Shown: positions 57,701-64,000 of the stretch, piece by piece
How the letters are laid out: the number at the start of each line of letters is the position of its first letter
Position numbering within the stretch: position 1 is the first letter of the stretch
NCBI GenBank assembly: GCA_963720265.1
Contig: CAVRET010000002.1
Location: 750,069 to 814,068 of the forward strand
DNA from: an uncultured bacterium
GTDB taxonomy: Bacteria; Patescibacteriota; Saccharimonadia; UBA4664
Length of the DNA: 64,000 nucleotides
Direction: 5' to 3'
The notes under the pieces: generated by a model
Told to the model about the DNA's origin: nothing
Databases searched by the model: none
What the model saw: only the letters and a program-made list of their open reading frames with translations
Made by a program: the position numbers and the translations under genes

Positions 57701-59131
57701 GTCGGTCACGGTGAGGTCATCAATGTACTGCGTGCCGTTGCTAGTACCACCCGTACCACCGATCCTGAATTGGCCTGTGATAGCACCAGCCGGAGCGACT
57801 CCGCTAGCGGTTAGCTGGGTCCAACCGGCAGTCGTTGTTGTAACAACCGGAAACGCTAGAAAGCTCGTATCAAACCCAAGGCCGCCGCCGCCCCAAATCA
57901 GCGCCCCGGTGATCGGCGTACCGGTCGTTGCGGCCTTCACCCACATGCTAATGAAGTAATGATGGCCCGCGGTTACGCTGACGTCATCCGGATTGTTCTG
58001 GAGAATACCCCAGAAGGCATTCCCAGTAACGGCCAAACTACAGTTACCGCTATGCGACACCGTGCAGTCTTGCGCCGTGGTCGAGGGCAGGATCCACGGC
58101 TCAATGCCGTCAATCCCAGTTTCAAAGTCGTTGTCCTGCACCACGGTGCCGCTCACAAATCCAGCTCCGGTATCGACCGTCACATTACCCGCCGCTGTGG
58201 TAGCGGAGGTGCCGCTTTCAAGCGTAATGTTACCGCTGGCCCCGGCCGCCGTTCCGGTGGTAAGGGCAAGCCCGCCGGTTCCGCCCTGCACCGACGTTGC
58301 CGCCGCTCCGTTACCCGAACCCACGGCCACACTCTGCACGCCGTTACCAGTGCCGACGTTCAGGATTGTGCCACCTACGTCAAGGGTTGTGCCGCTCTCG
58401 TTAATAAGCGAATCACTGAGGCTGTCGGCGGTTGCAAAGTAGGCCAAATCACCCGGCGTTCCGGTACCGGCCACGCCGCCGCCACCCCCGTTGGTAACAT
58501 TTGTCACATCTGTCAGATTGGTGACGTTGGTCGTATTGCCGGCTACATTGGTAACGTTGTTCGTTACATTGCCGCCACCCTGCAAGTTCACAAATTGCTT
58601 GCCGTTATAGTAGGACAGCAAGTTACTCGTCGAATCGTAATACAATTCGCCGGCTGTGGCACCTGTAGGCTGGGAACTTGGCACAAGCACCAACGGCCCA
58701 GCAACACTCAGCTGGCCGTTGACCGTGAGCTGCCGCGCGGTCGCTGATTGCGATGCCGACAAACTCTGGCTCAAAGCGGCCAGCGGGATCGATTGCGATG
58801 ATAATTCAGCAAGCGCGGTCGTGGTTGAGGCCACCGGCTTGCCCTGGGCCGAAGCATAAATGAGAGTGCCGATACCAAACGCGGCCACAATCAAAGCAAA
58901 TCCGCTCATGCGCTTAAGCGACATGAACGGCTTGTTACCCCCCGGCCGCTGTGGCGTAGGCGTCTGTTCCGACGCTTCCGGTGCCGCTCCTTCTCCTAGG
59001 CCAACCGGTAACGACTCTGCCTGCGGAATCGACGACAACCCAGCCGGTTCCGCTGCCGGATCCGACTGCGTAATCTCACGGTTACTTAGATCAACCGCGT
59101 GATTCGCACCCTTGGTAACGTCATTGTTCAT
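51749..59131 (-). CDS. giant N-anchored surface protein, 2460 aa (2x CBM-like, 2x DUF4082-like, LamG)
   Basis: Same N- and C-terminal modules as the downstream paralog; about 8-9 DSTxAFQ(V/I)Q..G....TxDT repeats. Confidence 0.88.
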   Translation of the reverse strand: MNNDVTKGANHAVDLSNREITQSDPAAEPAGLSSIPQAESLPVGLGEGAAPEASEQTPTPQRPGGNKPFMSLKRMSGFALIVAAFGIGTLIYASAQGKPVASTTTALAELSSQSIPLAALSQSLSASQSATARQLTVNGQLSVAGPLVLVPSSQPTGATAGELYYDSTSNLLSYYNGKQFVNLQGGGNVTNNVTNVAGNTTNVTNLTDVTNVTNGGGGGVAGTGTPGDLAYFATADSLSDSLINESGTTLDVGGTILNVGTGNGVQSVAVGSGNGAAATSVQGGTGGLALTTGTAAGASGNITLESGTSATTAAGNVTVDTGAGFVSGTVVQDNDFETGIDGIEPWILPSTTAQDCTVSHSGNCSLAVTGNAFWGILQNNPDDVSVTAGHHYFISMWVKAATTGTPITGALIWGGGGLGFDTSFLAFPVVTTTTAGWTQLTASGVAPAGAITGQFRIGGTGGTSNGTQYIDDLTVTDLSSGSSSSELDLGANNAQVVSIGNMNEVAPTTIDGGSGINLNAGTANIDVNGGAITVDGSGASSFSTTSGSLTLGAGGGTAGGVIVKPQSDTTTDFQVQSAGGINLLTADSTDREVSLGVGAGGALGSTSEGSNVGSAITPGTLAAFKFTTGVAGTLGSMSVYIGVGQTVSPNNQYQLAIYDDNGGVPGNYVGSTGIGTLTSPSGWNTLSLTSPVNVLANTSYWLVFWANGNDTITYSNGFPSATVDGVANTWQSGPDNGLPATYPSGSVSTGSLYSMYASYTTNGPATIIGPSGTLTQDGAAVFQDPTDTSQAFQVQDASGNSVFTVDTNADQVVLGTPGSLAGQLTLANAGTTQTVALQGLSPSSTGNATIQFPSIPGGTTDTVCLFTLGNCSIGGGGGGVGGSGTADKLAKFTGSGTTVGDSSITDTGSSITVQPTSDSTSAFQVKNASGSNTLLSVDSTNSAVTLGTTNGAATTSIYAGSGGVTIQGGTGGVAINTGSGTGTTAGIGIQTGDSSTGNSGNVTIDNGANTPSGTQISDFTFESSTENFGNYINVSVAQSTAQAHGGTHSLAVTEQGSGLWATTQGGGLGPTVTPGHIYALSAWIRADTVAETISGQVQWWNGQAGTTTWASATDTTTGWTHLFGNVVAPAVNPGHPNEQMDLQFAASNGTNGQIQYIDDATVTDLSTVASPSINIGATNAQAINIGNYQQAGLTSLLGGGAGIDVLADTNANVDIGTANANDVTVGNTGGGLLTFQGSGVTQYLGSVDLVQSTTDSPTAFQIQDSAGNSLLTADTTNNAIVFGQDDTPTDLTVRGGAATGTNASGANITFDASNGTGAGGSGSFIFRTAKPSGSAVTLDNTGNEIGDDGNCGEAKLSFTTGSQSNRVLVVTVISDVNYTSVSYDGFPLTQLAVKDNSVDVEMWYLLNPPSGTHDVLANIPNCTGMLIGASSYYNVDQTTPFGTVATASGTTTGLQSTSLNVVTTSAAQLVVDGIGTDGDDPTVNPGQTQIWNQPPSGGNWPAAGSYAPGTGGTVNMNWSVNNADWADIGVPINPTSNSITDTLSDSLVIGSNGVGVGTSNPTHTLDVGGDANFQDASDSTQAFQIQDAAGNALFTADTANDDINDTGNLIVNNTAGCDYSDYVSAMNGLSPASYWKLEDTGSTAVDSSGNGNDGTLSNVTPDQTPGAFTCAPSHPAMLFSSASNSQITTPNAINSPNVYSEIALFKTNGGSGVLESFSDNVTSWDREMYVGTDGRLYAGIFNNGQGVQVISSAGSVADGNWHMAVVTESSSGLFLYLDGRLVGANPGYNNPADYTNGTWWIGNSFGASWPNMSNTAFDGEISQAAVSLSVVTAPQIQTLATDAGVYNAELASIGVGTTSPQANIDDEGTALFRDPNNTSTAFQVQTAAGVNLISVDGTNQTVTLGAASGNTGVVVQSNNDTTTASQLTVQQAGSGDSSIQLADANTSFYEGVNPNAGDSFNINSAATAQQAVVIGNNLASMTNSCNDSNSNEDQTTQYTAQANGTLTSLNVAFDSGGGDPFSVAIYSDNAGTPGTLLDQHTGTQTITAPSPGSPNWNNITLDTPLNVTVGTNYWLVIGTSSSGDVFYATCDGSGSDFFQGSVTPGTWNASWFGNGTDDGNGNYHLAIYGSYSGTSDIFHGSLFNLTTSGAATLQNSTDSTSAFQVQDATGSDVIDVDTVNGRVGIDTAPTVSALQVSGTTSVGYVNSLGAFGVMDSGGAPEFDVDTVDHDVQLQAPTNATSFVPTANSDGLQLLSNYWNGSATAYDSFTLQNVASTSSPFETLQIENNGGTPVVSIDGNGATTFQNSSDSATAFVVQNTGNTPLLTADTTHMIVTVTALTVSADLTVDGHVITGGSTPGIAAGTAACTSPTVSVAGDDTSGTITITTGSGCSASGKLATITFATAFGAAPHVTLTAGGSNAAALNAYVDDSTVSPTSFDLGTGTTPSNTSTYEWNYWVAQ

Positions 59132-59242
59132 CCGCTTCGGATATCCACCTCAAACGTAACTTTGATACCCCCTAATTATCGCTTATGCTCAAGATAAGCA
59201 CAAGCGTATTTGAAGGCATTTTTGCGGGGTTTTAATGGATTT

Positions 59243-60094
59243 CTAATTAGTCCAAACCACGGCAACGGCCGCAGCCAAACTCACGAGCAATACGCCGCAA
59301 GCTGCGATCAGCACGTCGATGAGCGCCCGCAGCAGTGTTCTCCTGGCTAGTGGATTGCGCCCCAGCGACACAATTTCACTCCGAATCGAGGTTGTCAGCA
59401 TGACCACGGTAATAATAAAGCCGAGTACGAGCGCCAACGCCGCCAACAAGACCCGCACAGGCGCCACCTGGCGGCCCGCCAAAGAGTTGGCCGCCGACTG
59501 CAATACCGGCGGCACAATGGTCGATAAACTGCCGCTCTGGGCTGCCGGATAGTAAGTAACATTAACTGCCACCGGCACGAGACCGACTTTAATGCTCACC
59601 TGGTGGCCGTCTTTGCCCGACACCGTTCTGGTCGCAGTCGTCACCGAACTCAAGCTGGTCTGGGCCACACCGATTGTGGCGCCCGACTGCGTGGCTTTCA
59701 TGCCAATACCATCGAGTGGCGAGATGGTAATTTTGTCGCCCACGACCACGGGACCATTAATGTCACTCACGAGTGCTAGCGTCGAGCCGCTTACAACCAC
59801 CTGCACGCTATTTTTGCCCGCGTCTGATAACTCCACGAGCGGACTTTGGGCGGCCACACCCACAAGGTTCGTGGCAGTGGTGCCGGCCTGGGCCGGTTCC
59901 ACTGTGCCCGAGCCACTGGACGTTAAACTGAGCAGCGTACCCTGTGCGATATTGCTACTCGCAGCCGTGTAGCTTTGCGAAATTGCCCCAGTGCTAGCCG
60001 CACTCACCGGCATTGCCGGCCAATACAGAGACACAAATGTCACCTGCAGCATTCCCAAAGCCGCCCATTTCCACCACACTTTGACCTTTACCAT
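59243..60094 (-). CDS. exported/membrane protein upstream of the giant proteins
   Basis: Signal peptide; VSDINGPV..GDKIT.SP..GIGMKA; SLGRNPLA; two C-terminal TMs. Confidence 0.8.
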   Translation of the reverse strand: MVKVKVWWKWAALGMLQVTFVSLYWPAMPVSAASTGAISQSYTAASSNIAQGTLLSLTSSGSGTVEPAQAGTTATNLVGVAAQSPLVELSDAGKNSVQVVVSGSTLALVSDINGPVVVGDKITISPLDGIGMKATQSGATIGVAQTSLSSVTTATRTVSGKDGHQVSIKVGLVPVAVNVTYYPAAQSGSLSTIVPPVLQSAANSLAGRQVAPVRVLLAALALVLGFIITVVMLTTSIRSEIVSLGRNPLARRTLLRALIDVLIAACGVLLVSLAAAVAVVWTN

Positions 60095-60203
60095 AAGCCC
60101 AAACTCACAATGCTTGTGGTTAACATTGTAGCGGTTATCGGAGAACAGCGAAACAAGTTTGCGTAAATTTGACGACCCCCACAGGTATTTGTAGCATGTC
60201 TGT

Positions 60204-60701
60204 ATGCGTGAGACAGGATTTGCCACCACAGCCGTAATGATAATTGTGGCCATACTACTTCTCGGAGCCATTGCATTTGTGGCCGTCCGCCGGCTGGATG
60301 TGAATCCGCTCGGCAGCCCTACGCCGCTCCCCACCCCCACTCCCACGCCGCAGGTTACGCCCACTCCAAACCAAACGCCGGCTGCCAACTCCTACGACGC
60401 CGGCCAGGCGTTCTCCCAGGTTCAAAGTTTCTATCAGGCCTACCAGCAAAACGCGCAGACACTATCCAAATACGTTTCGCCCCAGCTCGCCAGCCAACTA
60501 GGCGCCGGTGGTAACTCTGCTACCGGAGTATACTGCAGCTTCAACGTGCCCAGCTCCATGAGCTATGGTACGCCCACGTCGTCAGATAATGCCGCCACCA
60601 TCGTGACCGACGAGTCGTTTGTGAACAGCCCCGACGTCGACGTCACCCTGACAGTCAGCCTCTCCACGCTCCAAATTACCAACATTGCCTGCCCGCAATA
60701 A
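60204..60701 (+). CDS. exported protein with prepilin-like N-terminus
   Basis: MRETG|FATTAVMIIVAILLLG, PT linker, Cys pair. Confidence 0.7.
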   Translation: MRETGFATTAVMIIVAILLLGAIAFVAVRRLDVNPLGSPTPLPTPTPTPQVTPTPNQTPAANSYDAGQAFSQVQSFYQAYQQNAQTLSKYVSPQLASQLGAGGNSATGVYCSFNVPSSMSYGTPTSSDNAATIVTDESFVNSPDVDVTLTVSLSTLQITNIACPQ

Positions 60702-60718
60702 TCCCGCATGACCATAAC

Positions 60719-60745
60719 AAAACCGCTCACATTGTGAGCGGTTTT
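60719..60745. terminator. bidirectional terminator
   Basis: AAAACCGCTCACA-T-TGTGAGCGGTTTT perfect inverted repeat. Confidence 0.75.
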
Positions 60746-60851
60746 CGGATAATTGCTAGTTGAGGCCGCCGGCCTCCTCTGGGCTTGAACGGAAGCCCGC
60801 AGGGGAGGAGGCCGGCGACCGGCGAGAGGGGAGGTGGTCTGGACCCGGAGG

Positions 60852-60992
60852 TTAGATCCGGGTCGAGGGCGCAGGCGCCCCCAGGAGGGTCGGGTAGCGG
60901 CCGCGCAGTTCGTCGACCGACACGTTGTCCAGCGGACTCTCGTCCGCGGGCACCTGAACCGCGGGGTCACTCGAAGCGGTTGTGGTCATCAT
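60852..60992 (-). CDS. putative 46-aa protein
   Basis: AAGGAG SD; MMTTTASSDPAVQVPADESPLDNVSVDELRGRYPTLLG...; follows the 61018 gene. Confidence 0.4.
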   Translation of the reverse strand: MMTTTASSDPAVQVPADESPLDNVSVDELRGRYPTLLGAPAPSTRI

Positions 60993-61017
60993 GTCTCCTT
61001 CGTGTTCTGGCCGAGGT

Positions 61018-61302
61018 TTACTTGATGCCGGGCGAAAGCTGATGCCGCCCTTGGGGCCTTGTCGCCGCCGCTTGATGGCGGAAGAGCGCGATCGTCGTGT
61101 GGATGATGGTGTAGATGATCGCCAGGGCCACTGCGTAAAAGGCAGCGGCGGAAGGCGTCAAACTAACAGCAAACACCACGATGATCACGACCAGGCAAGC
61201 TACAGACACTCGGTTCACCGGACGTCCCGTCCGGAGGTGATTGGCCGCGAACGCGACCACATCACGCTGTGAACCGAATGGAACGGGAGTGGGTGAAAGC
61301 AC
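61018..61302 (-). CDS. small two-TM orphan protein
   Basis: AAGGAG SD, GTG start; promoter TTGACT-17-TAATAT at 61425-61397. Confidence 0.6.
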   Translation of the reverse strand: MLSPTPVPFGSQRDVVAFAANHLRTGRPVNRVSVACLVVIIVVFAVSLTPSAAAFYAVALAIIYTIIHTTIALFRHQAAATRPQGRHQLSPGIK

Positions 61303-61541
61303 GAGCGTGCTCCTTCTCTCGGGTTGTTGGCAAGCCGCCAGATAGGGGCTCGCTGCTCGCAAGCCGACCACTGTGGGCTCACTTACGATGCAAATAATAT
61401 TAGCATAAGTACAATAAAAAGTCAATAGGTATATGGAGACCGGGAGCCTAGGCGTTGGCTCCCGGTTGGTCCGAACGAATGCGAGGCGCGATCCGGCGCC
61501 GGATGCAGGTAAGCGCAAGGGCGCCGGGTGAAGTCGTGGTA

Positions 61542-62003
61542 TTACGCGGGAACCGGCTCTCGGAACCAGCCGGCAAGCGTCGCGCGCTTGTTCCAGATAA
61601 CCCAGAACGCCGTGGCCAGTACGATCAGCGCGAGAAGCAGCCACGGAGCCGGCGAAGACGCCGTGATCCAGCCGCCGGCGATGGCGGCGAACGCCACCGG
61701 GGCGCCGATCAGAAACATGATGCCAAGCGCGAGTGCGCCGAGGAGTTTGAGGGTGTCGCGCAGGTTGCGCGCGAGGGCGATGAGCTGGCGCCGGGCAATC
61801 AAAATGCCGGCAACCAACACGGCCAGGATCGGCGGAACCGGAGAATAACCATGCGTCCAGGCGTAGCCGATACCGGCTAGTGATGCTAGGCCAAGCACAG
61901 CGAGCACTGGGCACAGTGCGTCGAACAGCGCGGTGTAAAGCCGGCAGTAGCAGCGCACGTGCGGAACGGCGAAGGTATTGGCAGGTGCGGTCATGGCGGT
62001 CAT
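61542..62003 (-). CDS. four-TM orphan protein
   Basis: GAGG SD; hairpin ~61439-61468 downstream. Confidence 0.65.
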   Translation of the reverse strand: MTAMTAPANTFAVPHVRCYCRLYTALFDALCPVLAVLGLASLAGIGYAWTHGYSPVPPILAVLVAGILIARRQLIALARNLRDTLKLLGALALGIMFLIGAPVAFAAIAGGWITASSPAPWLLLALIVLATAFWVIWNKRATLAGWFREPVPA

Positions 62004-62135
62004 GGCAGCCTCTTTCGCTCGGATGTCAGGCCGGACCACGGACGGGCCCGGGGACGTGCGTGAGTGAGTCTCACTTCTGCATACAATACAATCAAATCAT
62101 ATGTTTAACAATGGTACTAATATAATAACTTGGCC

Positions 62136-62165
62136 GGTGTGAGGCCCCGGTTGGGGCCTCACACC
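62136..62165. terminator. hairpin after the 62168 gene
   Basis: GGTGTGAGGCCCC-GGTT-GGGGCCTCACACC. Confidence 0.7.
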
Positions 62166-62167
62166 AT

Positions 62168-62782
62168 TCAGATGATCGAGCTAAGAAACTTGACGATTGG
62201 CTCTAGAACAAGGTCGCAGCGATTTGCGCCCGCCTGCACTATCAGACCAAGCAGCAATGCGACCAGCCCATACAGGCCGTTTAGGACCCATGGTGCACCA
62301 CTTGTCCAGCAGCCGACGAGCATCGCGGTAGCCAGACCGCCGAGAGCCAGCGAAAACCACGCCGCGGCTATGCCCGACACCAGCAGGCCTGCGGCTTCCA
62401 GCCATGATCGTCTCGGCGCTGCCGTGGACTTGTCCAGCTGCTCAGACTGAGTGACAAATTGTGTATGCAGTGCGGTCAGCGGGCCGTGAGCGGCCGTTTC
62501 AGCATCGGCGTCTTGCCCCCATTGCCAAGGTGCGGCCGGAGCATCATCCATCAGCGCTGTCGCTACCATGGTCAGGACGCCGCATACCGGAGGCACACCG
62601 GCCCATACCCACTTATCGGCTGGAAGCCACTGGCCCGTAATCGCTGAGTAGAGGTAGGTACAGGTCCCGATGACTATCAGAACCACACAAGCGGTGCCGG
62701 CGAGAATTGCAACTGCCAGCATTCCGAGGTCTGTAAGAACGTCCTGGTTTCGGCGTATCGGTGCAGGCAGTATACCGGCCAT
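62168..62782 (-). CDS. four-TM orphan protein
   Basis: AGGTGG SD; two pairs of TM helices. Confidence 0.65.
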   Translation of the reverse strand: MAGILPAPIRRNQDVLTDLGMLAVAILAGTACVVLIVIGTCTYLYSAITGQWLPADKWVWAGVPPVCGVLTMVATALMDDAPAAPWQWGQDADAETAAHGPLTALHTQFVTQSEQLDKSTAAPRRSWLEAAGLLVSGIAAAWFSLALGGLATAMLVGCWTSGAPWVLNGLYGLVALLLGLIVQAGANRCDLVLEPIVKFLSSII

Positions 62783-62908
62783 GCTATCCACCTTCTAAGG
62801 CTCGGGCGTTTTTAAGTTTCTGTACCGCAATTTATAGCACATTTCGGGCCTTCCATGTCGGTCCGCAAAATCTCTATCATTTCGTAACCACAACTGTTAT
62901 CATCAGAT

Positions 62909-63889
62909 ATGATGCCAGAGGTGAATGTCAAAATTATTACATTTGGCGCTGCCACTCAGGATGTTTTCCTGACCGGTAAGGCACTGCACGCCAGAAGAGA
63001 TGTGCGCAGCCGCGATTACGTTGAACAATTCCCGCTCGGCGCCAAAGTCGATGTCGAGCACGTCTACTTCGATACCGGCGGGGGCGCCACCAATGCGGCC
63101 GTAACATTTGCAAGGCAAGGGCTCGATGTATCGTACATTGGTAAAATTGGCCACGATCCCGCCGGCGCTGAGGTTATCCGCATCCTGCGCCGCGAGGGTG
63201 TTGACACCGGCCGGGTCGTCTACGATCCCAAACTCGGCACCGGCTATTCCGCCATTATGCTGGCATCCAATGGTGAGCGCACGGTACTGAACTATCGCGG
63301 CGCCAGCCACGAGCTCAAGGCCAAAGATATCCCTATCCGTATGCTCGAGGCCGATTGGTTCTACATTACGTCACTGGCCGGCAATATGGACTTGCTCTCG
63401 AAATTGCTCAAACACGCCAATCAGCGCGGTATCCAGGTCGCACTCGACCCGGGCAACGCTGAGCTAGCCCTCACCAAAAAAATGCGCGGGCTTCTGCCGC
63501 TCCTCACCGTACTCAAGGCCAATGCCGAGGAGCTACGCACACTGTTTGGTGGCGAGGATTTGCGCGACACCGTGCTGCGCGCCGCCGGCACTTGCCCCTA
63601 CGTGGTCGGCACCAATGGCCCGTCCGGCAGTTACGCCGCGGCCAGCGGCCGGCTCTACCAGGCGGGTCAGTATCAAAAAGTTAAGGTGGTAGACCGTCTC
63701 GGCGCCGGCGATGCCTTTGGTTCCGGCTTTGTGGCTGCCCTGGCCAGAGGCTTGTCCGTTGAAGACGCCCTGTCTCTCGGCAGTGCTAACGCTTCCGGCG
63801 TGGTTGCCCAAATCGGCGCCAAAACCGGCATTTTAAAAACCGGCCGCGTCAAACGCATGAAGCTAAAGATAACGGAGCCGCACCAATGA
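62909..63889 (+). CDS. PfkB-family carbohydrate kinase
   Basis: GGGATNAA, GERT, NAEE, DRLGAGDAFGSGF. Confidence 0.92.
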   Translation: MMPEVNVKIITFGAATQDVFLTGKALHARRDVRSRDYVEQFPLGAKVDVEHVYFDTGGGATNAAVTFARQGLDVSYIGKIGHDPAGAEVIRILRREGVDTGRVVYDPKLGTGYSAIMLASNGERTVLNYRGASHELKAKDIPIRMLEADWFYITSLAGNMDLLSKLLKHANQRGIQVALDPGNAELALTKKMRGLLPLLTVLKANAEELRTLFGGEDLRDTVLRAAGTCPYVVGTNGPSGSYAAASGRLYQAGQYQKVKVVDRLGAGDAFGSGFVAALARGLSVEDALSLGSANASGVVAQIGAKTGILKTGRVKRMKLKITEPHQ

Positions 63890-64000
63890 CCAATCTCGGC
63901 CGCTTTCTTCAGGCCAAAGAACCGCTTTTTGATCACGCCCTGCACCAACTGGAGCTGGCCTCGCACCAAAAAGGGGTGGATGTGAAGCTGGCTGCGGAAA
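63886..64000 (+). CDS. hypothetical protein, truncated by the window edge
   Basis: ATGA overlap; MTNLGRFLQAKEPLFDHALHQLELASHQKGVDVKLAAE... Confidence 0.6.
   Translation, partial: MTNLGRFLQAKEPLFDHALHQLELASHQKGVDVKLAAE

Noticed and set aside
47424-59131. Prophage tail-fibre genes or DGR target
   Set aside because: No phage structural, integrase or reverse transcriptase genes; no adenine-specific repeat pair noticed; the proteins have N-terminal membrane anchors.
60719-60745. lac-operator-like TTGTGAGCGG
   Set aside because: Part of a perfect inverted repeat with A/T tails between convergent genes; no LacI or vector sequence nearby.
61018-61914. 298-aa minus-strand ORF
   Set aside because: Runs through a terminator, a promoter and the 61542 gene in another frame; only the SD-led 61018-61302 part is credible.

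Overview
A GC-rich 64-kb bacterial chromosomal segment read with the standard code. It is most likely from Candidatus Saccharibacteria (Patescibacteria/CPR). That is an inference from the AtpZ/I-type gene at the left edge, the split transketolase, cohesin/dockerin proteins, giant DSTxAFQVQ-repeat surface proteins and widespread leaderless genes. The backbone is central-carbon and stress genes (pgl-gnd-zwf, galU, ppa, gap, rpiB, rpe, tktN/tktC, fba, pfkB, msrA, cls-like, four Nudix genes). About 20 self-contained orphan genes interrupt it, many with their own sigma70-like promoter, strong SD and 3' hairpin. An IS982-family element sits at 4722-5630. The most notable candidates are: (i) a cohesin-dockerin surface-scaffold locus (39.9-47.2 kb) beside two module-shuffled giant adhesins; (ii) a dif-like site plus three related 6-bp-spacer inverted-arm sites bounding AT-richer Nudix cassettes (26.0-27.6 kb); (iii) four F420-class oxidoreductases next to the oxidative pentose phosphate genes; (iv) a tandem terminator-promoter-gene array (7.1-10.3 kb); (v) a structured small RNA encoding a 16-aa hydrophobic peptide (22.7-22.9 kb). 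No rRNA, tRNA or CRISPR array was seen. All family calls are by eye from motifs; no database searches were run.
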